Below are positions 16,426-26,039 of a stretch of DNA of 64,000 bases, piece by piece (the first letter of the stretch is position 1; every line of letters begins with the position of its first letter). Below the pieces are notes generated by a model. That model ran no database searches, had not been told where the DNA came from, and saw only the letters and a list, made by a program, of their open reading frames with translations. The DNA lies in IMG/VR virus record IMGVR_UViG_3300028602_000005, positions 190,911-254,910 of that record, one strand, 5' to 3'. The position numbers and the translations under genes were made by a program. Source of the stretch: a virus (taxonomy: Duplodnaviria; Heunggongvirae; Uroviricota; Caudoviricetes).

Positions 16426-19002
16426 TTAACATTTTTTGTAATCTAGATATTTTTTATTAATTTTAATATCACTATTTTCTTTAATTTCAACTATATTTCC
16501 ATTAAAAGTAAATTTTATATTTACTTTTTTATTACTACCTTTTTTCCTATTTTGAATTTTAGGTTTAAAGTTTTTCAATCTTACATAATTTTCATATAAA
16601 TATATTACTCCAAAAGCTGGCATACTATCTCTTTTGAAACTTAAACCATACTTTAATGATGATTTTTTAGTAAGTATTATATATTTATTATAATTATTAT
16701 CTTTTATGATTATATCACCAATATCTAGATTATTTTGAGGAAACATATTTACAGCACGATAATTTGGTTTATTTATTTCCGAAAAGTCATTTTCTATCAT
16801 ATATTCATTTTCTGGTAATATAAATTCAAAATTCTTAAATAAGTTATCATTTATATAATATAATTCTTTATTTTTCGTTATAAATATTTCATTATCTGTT
16901 GGTTTTTCATCATAAAAACCTATGATTTTATCAATAGTTATTCCATCCTTTTTTATTTCTGTTCCAGATACTAAATCACTTTTATCGCTTTTTGTTTTAA
17001 TTTTTATAATTTTATCTATTGCTAAATTAAAGAAATACTTATTATTGCCTAAATGGTAGTTATAAAAAATCGGAATAGAATTAAACTGTTCATTACCACT
17101 ACAATAATAAAGAATATTTATTTGTTCACTAAGAGATTGTATTGAACGTACTTTACCAAATTCAACCTTATCTACGTTTGATAACATAAAATATTCTTCT
17201 GTTTTAAAATCAAAATGATCTCCTGTTAAATTAAATATAAAAATAGAACTTCTATCTTCTGAAAATGATGAAACTAATCTACCTACTGTTCTATTTAGAT
17301 CAAGAGTACATATTTCTTTAAGAAAATAATCATATGATGTTTGATGTCTTAATTCATAAGCTTTAACAAACGTATTCGATACATCAATATATTTTTTAAA
17401 TCCTTCTTTTTCTATAAATATTTTTTTATTATCAACTTCTAAATCCACAAGTTTATCATAAAGTAAACAGAAATTATTCGGAGGATTAAATTCTGATATT
17501 TCATCATTTAAATTATTTAAATCAAACAATTTTTTAAAATCAAATAAACTAATATTTAAAGATTTACTTGGGGAATCCATCATACAAACCATATATTCGC
17601 CATTAGGATCAAAACCTAAAAATTTAAATTTTATTAATAATTCTGGAAAATCAATAAAATATTTAGAATAATTAGCATTGGTTTTAAATTTTAATGTATA
17701 TTCTTTCTCTTTTTCAAGTGTTAAAGATTCTATTTTTAAAGTATCTTCCAATATTAAATGTTTAAAATTTTCTGCTTTTTTAATATTTAAAAATACTCTT
17801 GAACCATTAATATTTATAAAAAGAAGATCACTACTTATAATTTTAATATTTTCAATTACACCACTCTCATATTTACTATTTTCTTTTTTAAAAGATACTG
17901 TATCTCCTATTTTAAATAATTCGTCATTAATGGTTATTTCTTTTATAATATTAAGTTTTTTATTTAAAAATTCTAACTCATCTGATTTTGAATTTAAAAT
18001 TACTTTTATAATATCTGAATTATTATTTTCAACATCATTATCCTTTAAATATATTATTGCATTATTATCTTTTTCTATTTCGAAAACTTTATATATTTTT
18101 TGATCAATTTCAAAAAGATCATTTAATTCAATAAAACCATATTCAGTATAATGATCAAAATGATTTATTTTTTCCTTATTTTTAGATTTTACGTCAGTAA
18201 AGAAATTTGAAGGTGCTAAAAATCTCTTTAAAGATCTTTCATCAAACCCTTTTTGAATATTTGAAAGTTCTATCATTTTTCTTAAACTATAATTATTTAC
18301 AGGCCAATCAACTTTAAAAATAAAACCTGGATCTTTTTTAGTAAAATGCTCCCATGACATAAAACCTAAAATATTTGATTTTTTAGTAAACTTGAAAAAT
18401 GTTTCTGTTACATCCAGATTAAAAACATTAAAGAAGAAAGAATCGATAATACTTTCTATTTTCATATTATTTTCTATACGACCTATACAAATATTATTAT
18501 AATCATCATATATATTTGGTAAACATGAATTTAATAATGAATCATCTAAACTTGTTAAAGGATTGAGTCTAAAGAAAACTCTCATATCGTAAAATATTTT
18601 ATTTTGCATAGAAATATATAATATTAACCAAGGAAATGAAATAGAAACTCTAGCTGGATCATTAGACTTTAAACTACCATAATCATAAAATCTATTAGAA
18701 ATATCTATTTCTCCTATTAAATTACTATTTTTTAACTGTTGATATTCTCTAAGTAATAAATCAGGTGAAACACTAATTGTTCTTATCATTGGTGGATATT
18801 CTAAAACTATATTTTCTAATAAATTGTAATCTTTACCATAATATCTACAATTTTGCGGTAAAATTCCATCATAAGTAAAATAATCTTTAAAGTTAATTAA
18901 TAAATCTTTTGTACTAATTAAATTTTGTGGTTCAGATATTTCTTCAAAATTTAAATTTTTTACACTAAAAGAATATGAATCATCAATAACTATTTTGTCC
19001 AT
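16426..19002 (-). CDS. prokaryotic E2 (family D-like) domain fused to ~600-aa unknown region
   Basis: FPWLILYI..MRVFFR..PL..LPNIYDDYNNICIG..FFFNVFN in the N-terminal 250 aa; operon context. Confidence 0.7.
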   Translation of the reverse strand: MDKIVIDDSYSFSVKNLNFEEISEPQNLISTKDLLINFKDYFTYDGILPQNCRYYGKDYNLLENIVLEYPPMIRTISVSPDLLLREYQQLKNSNLIGEIDISNRFYDYGSLKSNDPARVSISFPWLILYISMQNKIFYDMRVFFRLNPLTSLDDSLLNSCLPNIYDDYNNICIGRIENNMKIESIIDSFFFNVFNLDVTETFFKFTKKSNILGFMSWEHFTKKDPGFIFKVDWPVNNYSLRKMIELSNIQKGFDERSLKRFLAPSNFFTDVKSKNKEKINHFDHYTEYGFIELNDLFEIDQKIYKVFEIEKDNNAIIYLKDNDVENNNSDIIKVILNSKSDELEFLNKKLNIIKEITINDELFKIGDTVSFKKENSKYESGVIENIKIISSDLLFININGSRVFLNIKKAENFKHLILEDTLKIESLTLEKEKEYTLKFKTNANYSKYFIDFPELLIKFKFLGFDPNGEYMVCMMDSPSKSLNISLFDFKKLFDLNNLNDEISEFNPPNNFCLLYDKLVDLEVDNKKIFIEKEGFKKYIDVSNTFVKAYELRHQTSYDYFLKEICTLDLNRTVGRLVSSFSEDRSSIFIFNLTGDHFDFKTEEYFMLSNVDKVEFGKVRSIQSLSEQINILYYCSGNEQFNSIPIFYNYHLGNNKYFFNLAIDKIIKIKTKSDKSDLVSGTEIKKDGITIDKIIGFYDEKPTDNEIFITKNKELYYINDNLFKNFEFILPENEYMIENDFSEINKPNYRAVNMFPQNNLDIGDIIIKDNNYNKYIILTKKSSLKYGLSFKRDSMPAFGVIYLYENYVRLKNFKPKIQNRKKGSNKKVNIKFTFNGNIVEIKENSDIKINKKYLDYKKC

Positions 19003-19005
19003 TTT

Positions 19006-19359
19006 TCACCTTTCATATTTATCTTTAAAATAATTTAAAATAACTTTATTTAAATCAGAAAAGAATGAATTAATATCTTTATTTATATTTTCATCTAAAA
19101 AGCAAGCAAGTTCAATTATTGATATAGTTTTGTCTAAACCTTCAAAAAATTCTTCTTCCTTTCGATTTTTATCTTTTTTTAATAATATAGTTTCGGAATC
19201 AATACAATTTATATTTAAAGATAATGTTTTATCTAAATTATTTGGGAATTTTAAACCTGTTATTTTAAGTATTTCACTGTTTAAATTGTTTTTTAAACAT
19301 ATTTCTCCTTTTGGGGTATCAGTTTCTAAATAACCCAATATATTCTTCCTGATAACCAC
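19006..19359 (-). CDS. hypothetical protein
   Basis: 117-aa ORF with AAGGA RBS. Confidence 0.6.
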   Translation of the reverse strand: MVIRKNILGYLETDTPKGEICLKNNLNSEILKITGLKFPNNLDKTLSLNINCIDSETILLKKDKNRKEEEFFEGLDKTISIIELACFLDENINKDINSFFSDLNKVILNYFKDKYER

Positions 19360-19375
19360 GAATAAATCCTTTCAT

Positions 19376-20449
19376 TTAATTTTTATGTAATAGATCTAAT
19401 AATAAATCATCTATCATTTCATCATTTTCATTTAATATTTTAGAATGAATCATGCAAGTCCAATTACATTTTTCACATAGTTTATTTTTATCTTCTTTAA
19501 AAGAATTTTTTAAATTTAAATTTAATGTTCCTGTTTTATCAAGTAAATTTTTTATATTGAATTTCTTAGGGGTGTCAATACCCATTATTCTTAAACATAA
19601 TCTTATACTACCATCAGAATCAATTGTAATATTATGAACTTCTTCATCTATTTTACAATCATTATTTGATGGAAGATGTTTGAATATTATTGGAAGAAAA
19701 TCATCTCTCATATTGATGGATAAATTTTCTTCCATCATTTTTTCAAAAATTTCACAAAGTTCTGAACTTTTAAATACCATATTATCATATGATGTAATAT
19801 TTGAAAAATCATAAAAGTTATTTTTAGATATATCTAAAAATGTTATATCACTATTTATCCCAATTCTAGTTAAAATTTTAACTAATGGGTATAAATATGA
19901 TAAAGATTCCTTTGTAACCGTTATCTCTGCAACCAAATCATCAATATATCCAACATATTCAGATATATTAAAAAATCCTTCCAAACTTTTTTTAAAAATA
20001 TCTTCATCATATATTTTATCACTTAAAATTATTGGATCTATTGAAACTGTTAAACTTTTTAAATAACTGATATTATTTAATAGTTCTTTGAATTTACTTT
20101 TTATTTCCCCAGAATAATTTGTTATGAGTGTATAATTTATATCATTATCATTACAGTAGTTTATAATTTTTGCCAAATCATCTCTCAGTAATGGTTCACC
20201 ACCGTAGAAAATGTGAAATATATCGGGATTATGTCTTTTAAATAGATATAAGGTTGAAATGATATCTTCTGTTGAAATTTCATTTTTGTAAAAATAAGAT
20301 AAATCTTTATATTCATTAGGTTTATTAACGTAATTTTTAGATATCCTACAATATGAACAATTCATGTTACATCTTCTCGTCAATAACCAGTTGACTATAT
20401 GAATTTTATCCAAAATAAACCCCCTTTTCAAATATTCAATAGAAAACAA
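19376..20449 (-). CDS. radical SAM protein with C-terminal Cys cluster (SPASM/twitch-like)
   Basis: CNMNCSYC, GGEPLL and C-terminal C..DGSIRLC..CEKCNWTC. Confidence 0.85.
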   Translation of the reverse strand: MFSIEYLKRGFILDKIHIVNWLLTRRCNMNCSYCRISKNYVNKPNEYKDLSYFYKNEISTEDIISTLYLFKRHNPDIFHIFYGGEPLLRDDLAKIINYCNDNDINYTLITNYSGEIKSKFKELLNNISYLKSLTVSIDPIILSDKIYDEDIFKKSLEGFFNISEYVGYIDDLVAEITVTKESLSYLYPLVKILTRIGINSDITFLDISKNNFYDFSNITSYDNMVFKSSELCEIFEKMMEENLSINMRDDFLPIIFKHLPSNNDCKIDEEVHNITIDSDGSIRLCLRIMGIDTPKKFNIKNLLDKTGTLNLNLKNSFKEDKNKLCEKCNWTCMIHSKILNENDEMIDDLLLDLLHKN

Positions 20450-20453
20450 TCAT

Positions 20454-20780
20454 TTACTTATTTTTTTTTATTAAACTATTAATATTTGATACATTTGGTT
20501 TTGGAATAAATAGTTTTCCAAATTTTTCCTGGAACTCTGAAGCAACATTACCTTTTACATTTCCAGAAATAGCCAAAATTTTATCAATATAAATTTTTGA
20601 TTTCTCTTCAATCATAGGGGTTGGAATAAGTTGAAAACCAAATGCTTTCTTTTCATGATCAATACCAGTCTGGAGAAAACATAAATTTTCCACTTCATAA
20701 TACTTTTCTTCCTTATTTTCAGAAATAAGGTCAAAAATCATAAATGCACCATTATCAAGCATTACTACATTAATATTCAT
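20454..20780 (-). CDS. hypothetical protein
   Basis: 108-aa ORF with AAGGA RBS. Confidence 0.65.
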   Translation of the reverse strand: MNINVVMLDNGAFMIFDLISENKEEKYYEVENLCFLQTGIDHEKKAFGFQLIPTPMIEEKSKIYIDKILAISGNVKGNVASEFQEKFGKLFIPKPNVSNINSLIKKNK

Positions 20781-20792
20781 TTTTTAATCCTT

Positions 20793-22997
20793 TCATATAG
20801 CCAAATTATAAACAAAATCAAATTCTAAAATATTTCCTACATCCTTATTATGTGAAATTACATTTATTCCTTTATTTTTTGATAATTCTTTCAATAATAT
20901 AGAAACATACTCAATATTCTTTTCATCTAAACTATCAAATATCTCATCTAACATTATAATATTCATACCCATGTCTTGAATTTTTGATTGTAAGTCAGAT
21001 AATGTAAATATTGTGGCAATATCTATGAGCCTAGTCTGACCACCTGAAAGTGTTTTATAATTAGTATTTTTTGTTTTTGTATCTAATACATGTATTGTTA
21101 TTTTGTCTTTAAATTCTCCGCTTTTATTTGCAGACAATGTATCAAAAGATACTAAATATCTTCCACCAAGTTTATTGAGATATTTTTTTATAGAAGAATT
21201 CATAAAAGGAATAGATTCATCAATCAACATTGAAGGAATACTTTTTCCTGTCATTGAAAAACCATTTTTCCAAAACATATTTATTTTTAATTTTTTTTCT
21301 TTTTCCAATAATGCTTTATTTAGTTTTTCAATATATATTTTTTTTTCTTCTATTTCTTTTTTAGAATTATTTAAAATAGATTCATCAAATTTAGATTCTT
21401 CTTGAATCAGTAATCTATCTTCATATTGAGAAATCCATTTTATAATACTTTCTAATTTATTTTTTATTTCATCTCTTTCTTTTATTTTCAAATTTAATTT
21501 AATAAATTTTTCTTCCAATTTATTTTTTTCATTATTTAAGTCATTTATTTTTTGAGAGTCTTCAATTTCTATATTAGATATTTTATTACTTAATAAATTC
21601 TTTAATTTAGAAACAGCATCTGTATATGATTTACTTAATTGTGCTTCTTCTAATAATTTTTTATCGTTAACTATTTTTTTCTTTTCATCAAAATCTTTCT
21701 TTATTTTAGATGATTCTAATTTTATTTTCTGTAGTTCTTCTATCAGTACCTTTGATTTTTCCTCAAGTGATTCTTTACTTTTTTCACTTTCTGAAATTAT
21801 ATTTTTTTTATCTGATAGAATAATTTTTAGATTTTCAACATTTTCTTTTCCCACAATTTGTTTACATGCAAAACAAATAATTATTTCTTTATTTAAACTT
21901 TCTTCTAATTCTGTAATTTCTTTTTTAATATCTTTAATCTTTTTATCTAAATTATCTGATGATTTATTAATTAAAGATAATTTATTTTTAAGTGTGGAAA
22001 AATTATTATTTAAATCTAATAATTTTTCATTTTCTTCTTTATTTAAAGAATTTAATTCATCATTTTTTTCCATTTTAATAGAATTTATGCTTTGATTATA
22101 TTTATTATCAAATTCAGATTTTTTCTCATTAAATTTATGGCGAATCTCATTCTTTTTATTTTCGATTTCATATTTTAAATTATCAAACTTTGATGATATT
22201 TCCTGAATTTTTAACTTCAGATCTAAATGATCATTTTCTTCTATATTAAATGAATTAAAAAGTTTTTCAGTATTTATTCTATCAAAATTAAATTCTTTAA
22301 TTTTCTTTTTTATTTCTAAAATATTATTTTTTTTATTTTTTTCAAATTCATCTTTTTTTTGAATTGAATTTTTAAGATTATCTTCAATATATTGAAGGAC
22401 TTTTTTAGATTCATTTAAATCTATATTTATATCGTTTATTTCTTTTTCTATTTTTTTTAATCTAGAATCTGATTCCTTATAATAAAACAGATATGAATCT
22501 AATTGAATGACTTTTCTAAAAATCTCTCTTTGTTCGGAATTTTTTAATCCTGTGAAAAAATCTTTTACCTTTTGACCGAATGAAACAGTATTTCCAAATA
22601 ATTTAAACGGTATTATTAATCTCTCTATTTCAGCTTTTATTTCATTAAAACCTTTTTTTATTACTTTATTATCGTTTAAATTAATTAAAAAGCATTCATC
22701 CTTAAATTTTTTATGTTTATAATATCTTTCAGTTCTATAAAAAACATCATTTATTTTAAATGTTGTAAAAACATAACAATCTTTTGGATCTTCTTCATTG
22801 GCCAAATCTGATATTCTTTCTCCTTCAGGAGTCATACCATATAAACCTAATGGTAATGCTTTAAAAATGCTTGTTTTTCCATTACCATTAGGTCCATATA
22901 TTAAAGTTAGAGAGTTATTAATAAAATTGAATTTGAATGGTTCTTTAAAACAACAATATTTATCAAATTCAACTTCTATAAAATCTATTGTGTTCAA
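20793..22997 (-). CDS. sbcC: SbcC/Rad50/gp46-like ATPase
   Basis: Walker A GPNGNGKT, coiled coil with CFAC zinc hook, LSGGQ signature, MLDEIFDSLD, ISH. Confidence 0.92.
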   Translation of the reverse strand: MNTIDFIEVEFDKYCCFKEPFKFNFINNSLTLIYGPNGNGKTSIFKALPLGLYGMTPEGERISDLANEEDPKDCYVFTTFKINDVFYRTERYYKHKKFKDECFLINLNDNKVIKKGFNEIKAEIERLIIPFKLFGNTVSFGQKVKDFFTGLKNSEQREIFRKVIQLDSYLFYYKESDSRLKKIEKEINDINIDLNESKKVLQYIEDNLKNSIQKKDEFEKNKKNNILEIKKKIKEFNFDRINTEKLFNSFNIEENDHLDLKLKIQEISSKFDNLKYEIENKKNEIRHKFNEKKSEFDNKYNQSINSIKMEKNDELNSLNKEENEKLLDLNNNFSTLKNKLSLINKSSDNLDKKIKDIKKEITELEESLNKEIIICFACKQIVGKENVENLKIILSDKKNIISESEKSKESLEEKSKVLIEELQKIKLESSKIKKDFDEKKKIVNDKKLLEEAQLSKSYTDAVSKLKNLLSNKISNIEIEDSQKINDLNNEKNKLEEKFIKLNLKIKERDEIKNKLESIIKWISQYEDRLLIQEESKFDESILNNSKKEIEEKKIYIEKLNKALLEKEKKLKINMFWKNGFSMTGKSIPSMLIDESIPFMNSSIKKYLNKLGGRYLVSFDTLSANKSGEFKDKITIHVLDTKTKNTNYKTLSGGQTRLIDIATIFTLSDLQSKIQDMGMNIIMLDEIFDSLDEKNIEYVSILLKELSKNKGINVISHNKDVGNILEFDFVYNLAI

Positions 22998-23010
22998 ATT
23001 TTATCCCTTT

Positions 23011-23403
23011 CTAAAATGCATCATTTATTGTCGCTACCGAAAATCCTTTTTCAAATAAAATTTGTCTCAATTGCTTGACATTAAATTCATCATATTCTTC
23101 CATAATCACAGCATAAAATTCTTTATCTGGATCATAAGTTGGCTTAGTTTTATCTGGAAGACATTCTTTAAAATCATTCCATGAATTCAAAGGAATAAAG
23201 TTTTTTGTTAATAAAACAGGGGTACATTCACTATCCACTAATGCAATACAAGCTTCAGACTCACCGAAATATAAAATTCCATTCTCATCTAAATATGTAT
23301 CTTTATCTAGATTATCTTTTACATCTTCAAAGAAGTCTTTATCAAAATCTCTTGGTGGAATTAATAACCAATCATTTTCAATCACTTTTTCTAACAGATT
23401 CAT
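23011..23403 (-). CDS. hypothetical acidic protein
   Basis: 130-aa ORF with AAGGA RBS. Confidence 0.6.
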   Translation of the reverse strand: MNLLEKVIENDWLLIPPRDFDKDFFEDVKDNLDKDTYLDENGILYFGESEACIALVDSECTPVLLTKNFIPLNSWNDFKECLPDKTKPTYDPDKEFYAVIMEEYDEFNVKQLRQILFEKGFSVATINDAF

Positions 23404-23431
23404 TTTTTTCCTTTCTTTTCTTTAAAATAAT

Positions 23432-23506
23432 TGGTACTCCTGTAGAGAATTGAACTCTAATTTTAAGATTGAAGGTCTTACGTCCTAACCGTTAGACGAC
23501 AGGAGC
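23432..23506 (-). tRNA. tRNA-Glu(UUC) with C33
   Basis: GCTCCTG/CAGGAGT acceptor, Glu-type D arm, TAAGA-CCTTCAA-TCTTA anticodon arm, TTCAATT T loop, encoded CCA. Confidence 0.88.
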
Positions 23507-23515
23507 ATTTGTTTT

Positions 23516-24397
23516 TTAAATAATTTTTATTTGTGTTTCTTCTACAAATAGAATTGGATATATAGGATGTATTATTTTCTTCTTTTTAAGAGATATTTCA
23601 TTAAATCTATAATTTATATTAAAAAATACATCACCTAAATCTTTAAATTTATATTTATCGAAATAATATTCCATTCTACCATCTATTTCTGATTTTATAA
23701 TATCTAAATTAAAATAATTATCTGACTTTAAAATTCTACAAAGTTCAACAGTTTCCCAAGTATATCCTAATTCTCCCCAATCAGATTGACCCTTAAACAA
23801 ATCAGCAGATGGTTCTTGAAATATTAAAGTATCATCAAGTCCAAATTTTTTACCTAATAATTTAATATTTCTTTTTGAAATAGCTTTTAAAAGATTAAAA
23901 TGACCTAAACCATCACCAAACATTGTATAATATCCGATAAAATCTTCATCGGCATTGGATGTACTTACAACTAAAGCATTATATCTTCCAGCAATATTAT
24001 TTAAATTAAAAGCAATTAATCTCGATAAAATATTTCCATTATGAAATTTAACCTCATCATTTGTATAATTTAATAATTTATCCAATGTATGCATTCTATT
24101 GATAATTTCATTGAAATTATTACTAACATTTAAACTTATAAGGTTATAATTACTATTCTCAAAAAATTTTTCTACTAAAACTTTTTTATTTGAATTAAAA
24201 TCAGTCTCGATAAATACTGGAATAATATCAATTTTAAAATGTTTATTTAAATTATCAAGAATTGAAAATGTTACAAGTGAATCAATTCCACCAGATATTC
24301 CTAAGACAATTTTTCTTCCCATTAAATTTTCTTTTTTAAACATTTTAAAAACACAATCCATATAAAATTCGTAATCAAAATTAGGGAAAACTATCAT
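23516..24397 (-). CDS. nadE: NH3-dependent NAD+ synthetase
   Basis: LGISGGIDS, GNILSR, TSNADE..IGYYTMFGDG, PSADL..GQSD..ELG. Confidence 0.88.
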   Translation of the reverse strand: MIVFPNFDYEFYMDCVFKMFKKENLMGRKIVLGISGGIDSLVTFSILDNLNKHFKIDIIPVFIETDFNSNKKVLVEKFFENSNYNLISLNVSNNFNEIINRMHTLDKLLNYTNDEVKFHNGNILSRLIAFNLNNIAGRYNALVVSTSNADEDFIGYYTMFGDGLGHFNLLKAISKRNIKLLGKKFGLDDTLIFQEPSADLFKGQSDWGELGYTWETVELCRILKSDNYFNLDIIKSEIDGRMEYYFDKYKFKDLGDVFFNINYRFNEISLKKKKIIHPIYPILFVEETQIKII

Positions 24398-24430
24398 TTT
24401 TTAAAACCTTTCTTTTTTTATAAATAAATA

Positions 24431-24507
24431 TGGCTGTGGGGGTGGGGATCGAACCCACGAATCTCCTGATTAACAGTCAGGTGCTCTACCTACTGAGCTA
24501 CCCCACA
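24431..24507 (-). tRNA. tRNA-Asn(GUU)
   Basis: Cloverleaf, CCTGA-CTGTTAA-TCAGG, encoded CCA. Confidence 0.95.
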
Positions 24508-24516
24508 GTAAAATTT

Positions 24517-24954
24517 TTAAGAATCTAGTTTTTTTGCCACACGAATAATATTCTGTTTTTTATTTATTTTTTTACTCTTTAATAGATTTTCTTTGGAAAA
24601 AATCATTTCTATTATTTCAATTGCATGATCCAAGCTATCCCATATCATATCTTGTGAAATTTTAAAATCTATTGATATATCATCTATATAATTATTTTCC
24701 AAAAGATCTTCTTCACAGAAAGATCCTCTTGTGTCTAAAAAGAACATAATAATACCAGTCATAGTAAAAATATAAAAATCTTCTTTAGATGAAATAATAA
24801 TATTATTTTTTATCATATATTTATTAACATCTGTAAGAGATTTAGAAAGACCTTCTTTATATGTTTCAATAAAAGATTTTCCATTATCAATAATTTCGTA
24901 TGTATTAAAAAGTGTCATATCATCTTCTCCATTCCATTGTTTGACACATATCAT
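24517..24954 (-). CDS. hypothetical protein
   Basis: 145-aa ORF; true start possibly at MTLF. Confidence 0.55.
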   Translation of the reverse strand: MICVKQWNGEDDMTLFNTYEIIDNGKSFIETYKEGLSKSLTDVNKYMIKNNIIISSKEDFYIFTMTGIIMFFLDTRGSFCEEDLLENNYIDDISIDFKISQDMIWDSLDHAIEIIEMIFSKENLLKSKKINKKQNIIRVAKKLDS

Positions 24955-25444
24955 TCTTTGTATCTTTATTTTTTGAATATTTTAATTCAACTGATTCTTT
25001 AATATTTTTATCTTTAATTTCTTCTGCATTTTCCATTCGAATTTTAGTATCTACCCTTTTATTTAATTCTTTTTTTATCTTTTCGAATAATTCTAAATTT
25101 ATTCTTTCAAAATGAAATTCTTCTTCAGATGGTTTAAATTTAAATGATAAATATATATTTCCTTTGTATTCTAAAATTTCATTATATAATAATATTGTAT
25201 CATTACCTTCAATATATTTTTCATAATTCTCATTATTTATAGTAATAGTTACATTTTGAATTAATAATGATTTATCAATATTACTCAAATTTACTATCCT
25301 ACCATCAGTTTTATCATCTAAAGTTATATTCTCTATTTTATATGTATTTTTAAATATTAATAAAAAATCCATTGTTGGTGGCATACATGAAGATATCAAA
25401 AATAAACATATCAAAATAATTGAAGTTTGAAGAAATTTTAACAT
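24920..25444 (-). CDS. putative lipoprotein
   Basis: Signal peptide with lipobox-like LISSC. Confidence 0.6.
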   Translation of the reverse strand: MLKFLQTSIILICLFLISSCMPPTMDFLLIFKNTYKIENITLDDKTDGRIVNLSNIDKSLLIQNVTITINNENYEKYIEGNDTILLYNEILEYKGNIYLSFKFKPSEEEFHFERINLELFEKIKKELNKRVDTKIRMENAEEIKDKNIKESVELKYSKNKDTKNDMCQTMEWRR

Positions 25445-25474
25445 TTTTTAATCCTTTCTATTAATTTTTTAAAA

Positions 25475-25551
25475 TGGCGGGACCAACGGGATTCTAACCC
25501 GTAGCCTCATGGTTGACAGCCATGCGTTCTAACCATTAGAACTATGGCCCC
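25475..25551 (-). tRNA. tRNA-Asp(GUC), atypical T loop
   Basis: CATGG-CTGTCAA-CCATG; T loop TTAGAAT; GCCA end. Confidence 0.9.
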
Positions 25552-25563
25552 GTATTTTTTAAT

Positions 25564-26010
25564 TTATTCATATAAATCACTTCTAAGTTCATTAAAAAGA
25601 TCATTATCACTCAAAGGAACTATATCTGAAAATGAATCATGAATAAATAAATCTAGTATTTTCAATATACATGTCAAAGAATTTTTAAAATACAATTTAT
25701 ACCAAGTTAATTGACATCTTATTAATATATATGGTGATTCAGTTTCAGATTTATCGTCAATGTTTATTCCGATTAAAGGATCGTAAATTGCATCTATTTT
25801 TTTTGTAAAATGTCCTTTACCAATTCCCAATAAATACAATCTTTTATGATCCGATTCTCTAGGTCCGATCATCCAAATATCAGGTATATTATTAATTGTT
25901 TCTGAATCAGGTGCTTCTTTTACAATTAAACCCTTAATATTTTTAATCGAATCTTCTATCCAAGGAGCTTCAGTAAATTCTCCATAAAACTGTTCAGATA
26001 TATCTTTCAT
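25564..26010 (-). CDS. hypothetical protein
   Basis: 148-aa ORF with AAGGTG RBS. Confidence 0.6.
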   Translation of the reverse strand: MKDISEQFYGEFTEAPWIEDSIKNIKGLIVKEAPDSETINNIPDIWMIGPRESDHKRLYLLGIGKGHFTKKIDAIYDPLIGINIDDKSETESPYILIRCQLTWYKLYFKNSLTCILKILDLFIHDSFSDIVPLSDNDLFNELRSDLYE

Positions 26011-26039
26011 TTTAATTCACCTTTAACTATTTTCATCAA

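Noticed and set aside
19376-20449. Radical SAM as QueE
   Set aside because: Too long, carries a C-terminal SPASM-like Cys cluster, and lacks the QueE N-terminal signature.
23432-23506. tRNA-Sec or opal suppressor (CUUCAA in the loop)
   Set aside because: The stem register puts UUC at 34-36, the body is Glu-like, and there is no long variable arm or 8-bp acceptor stem.
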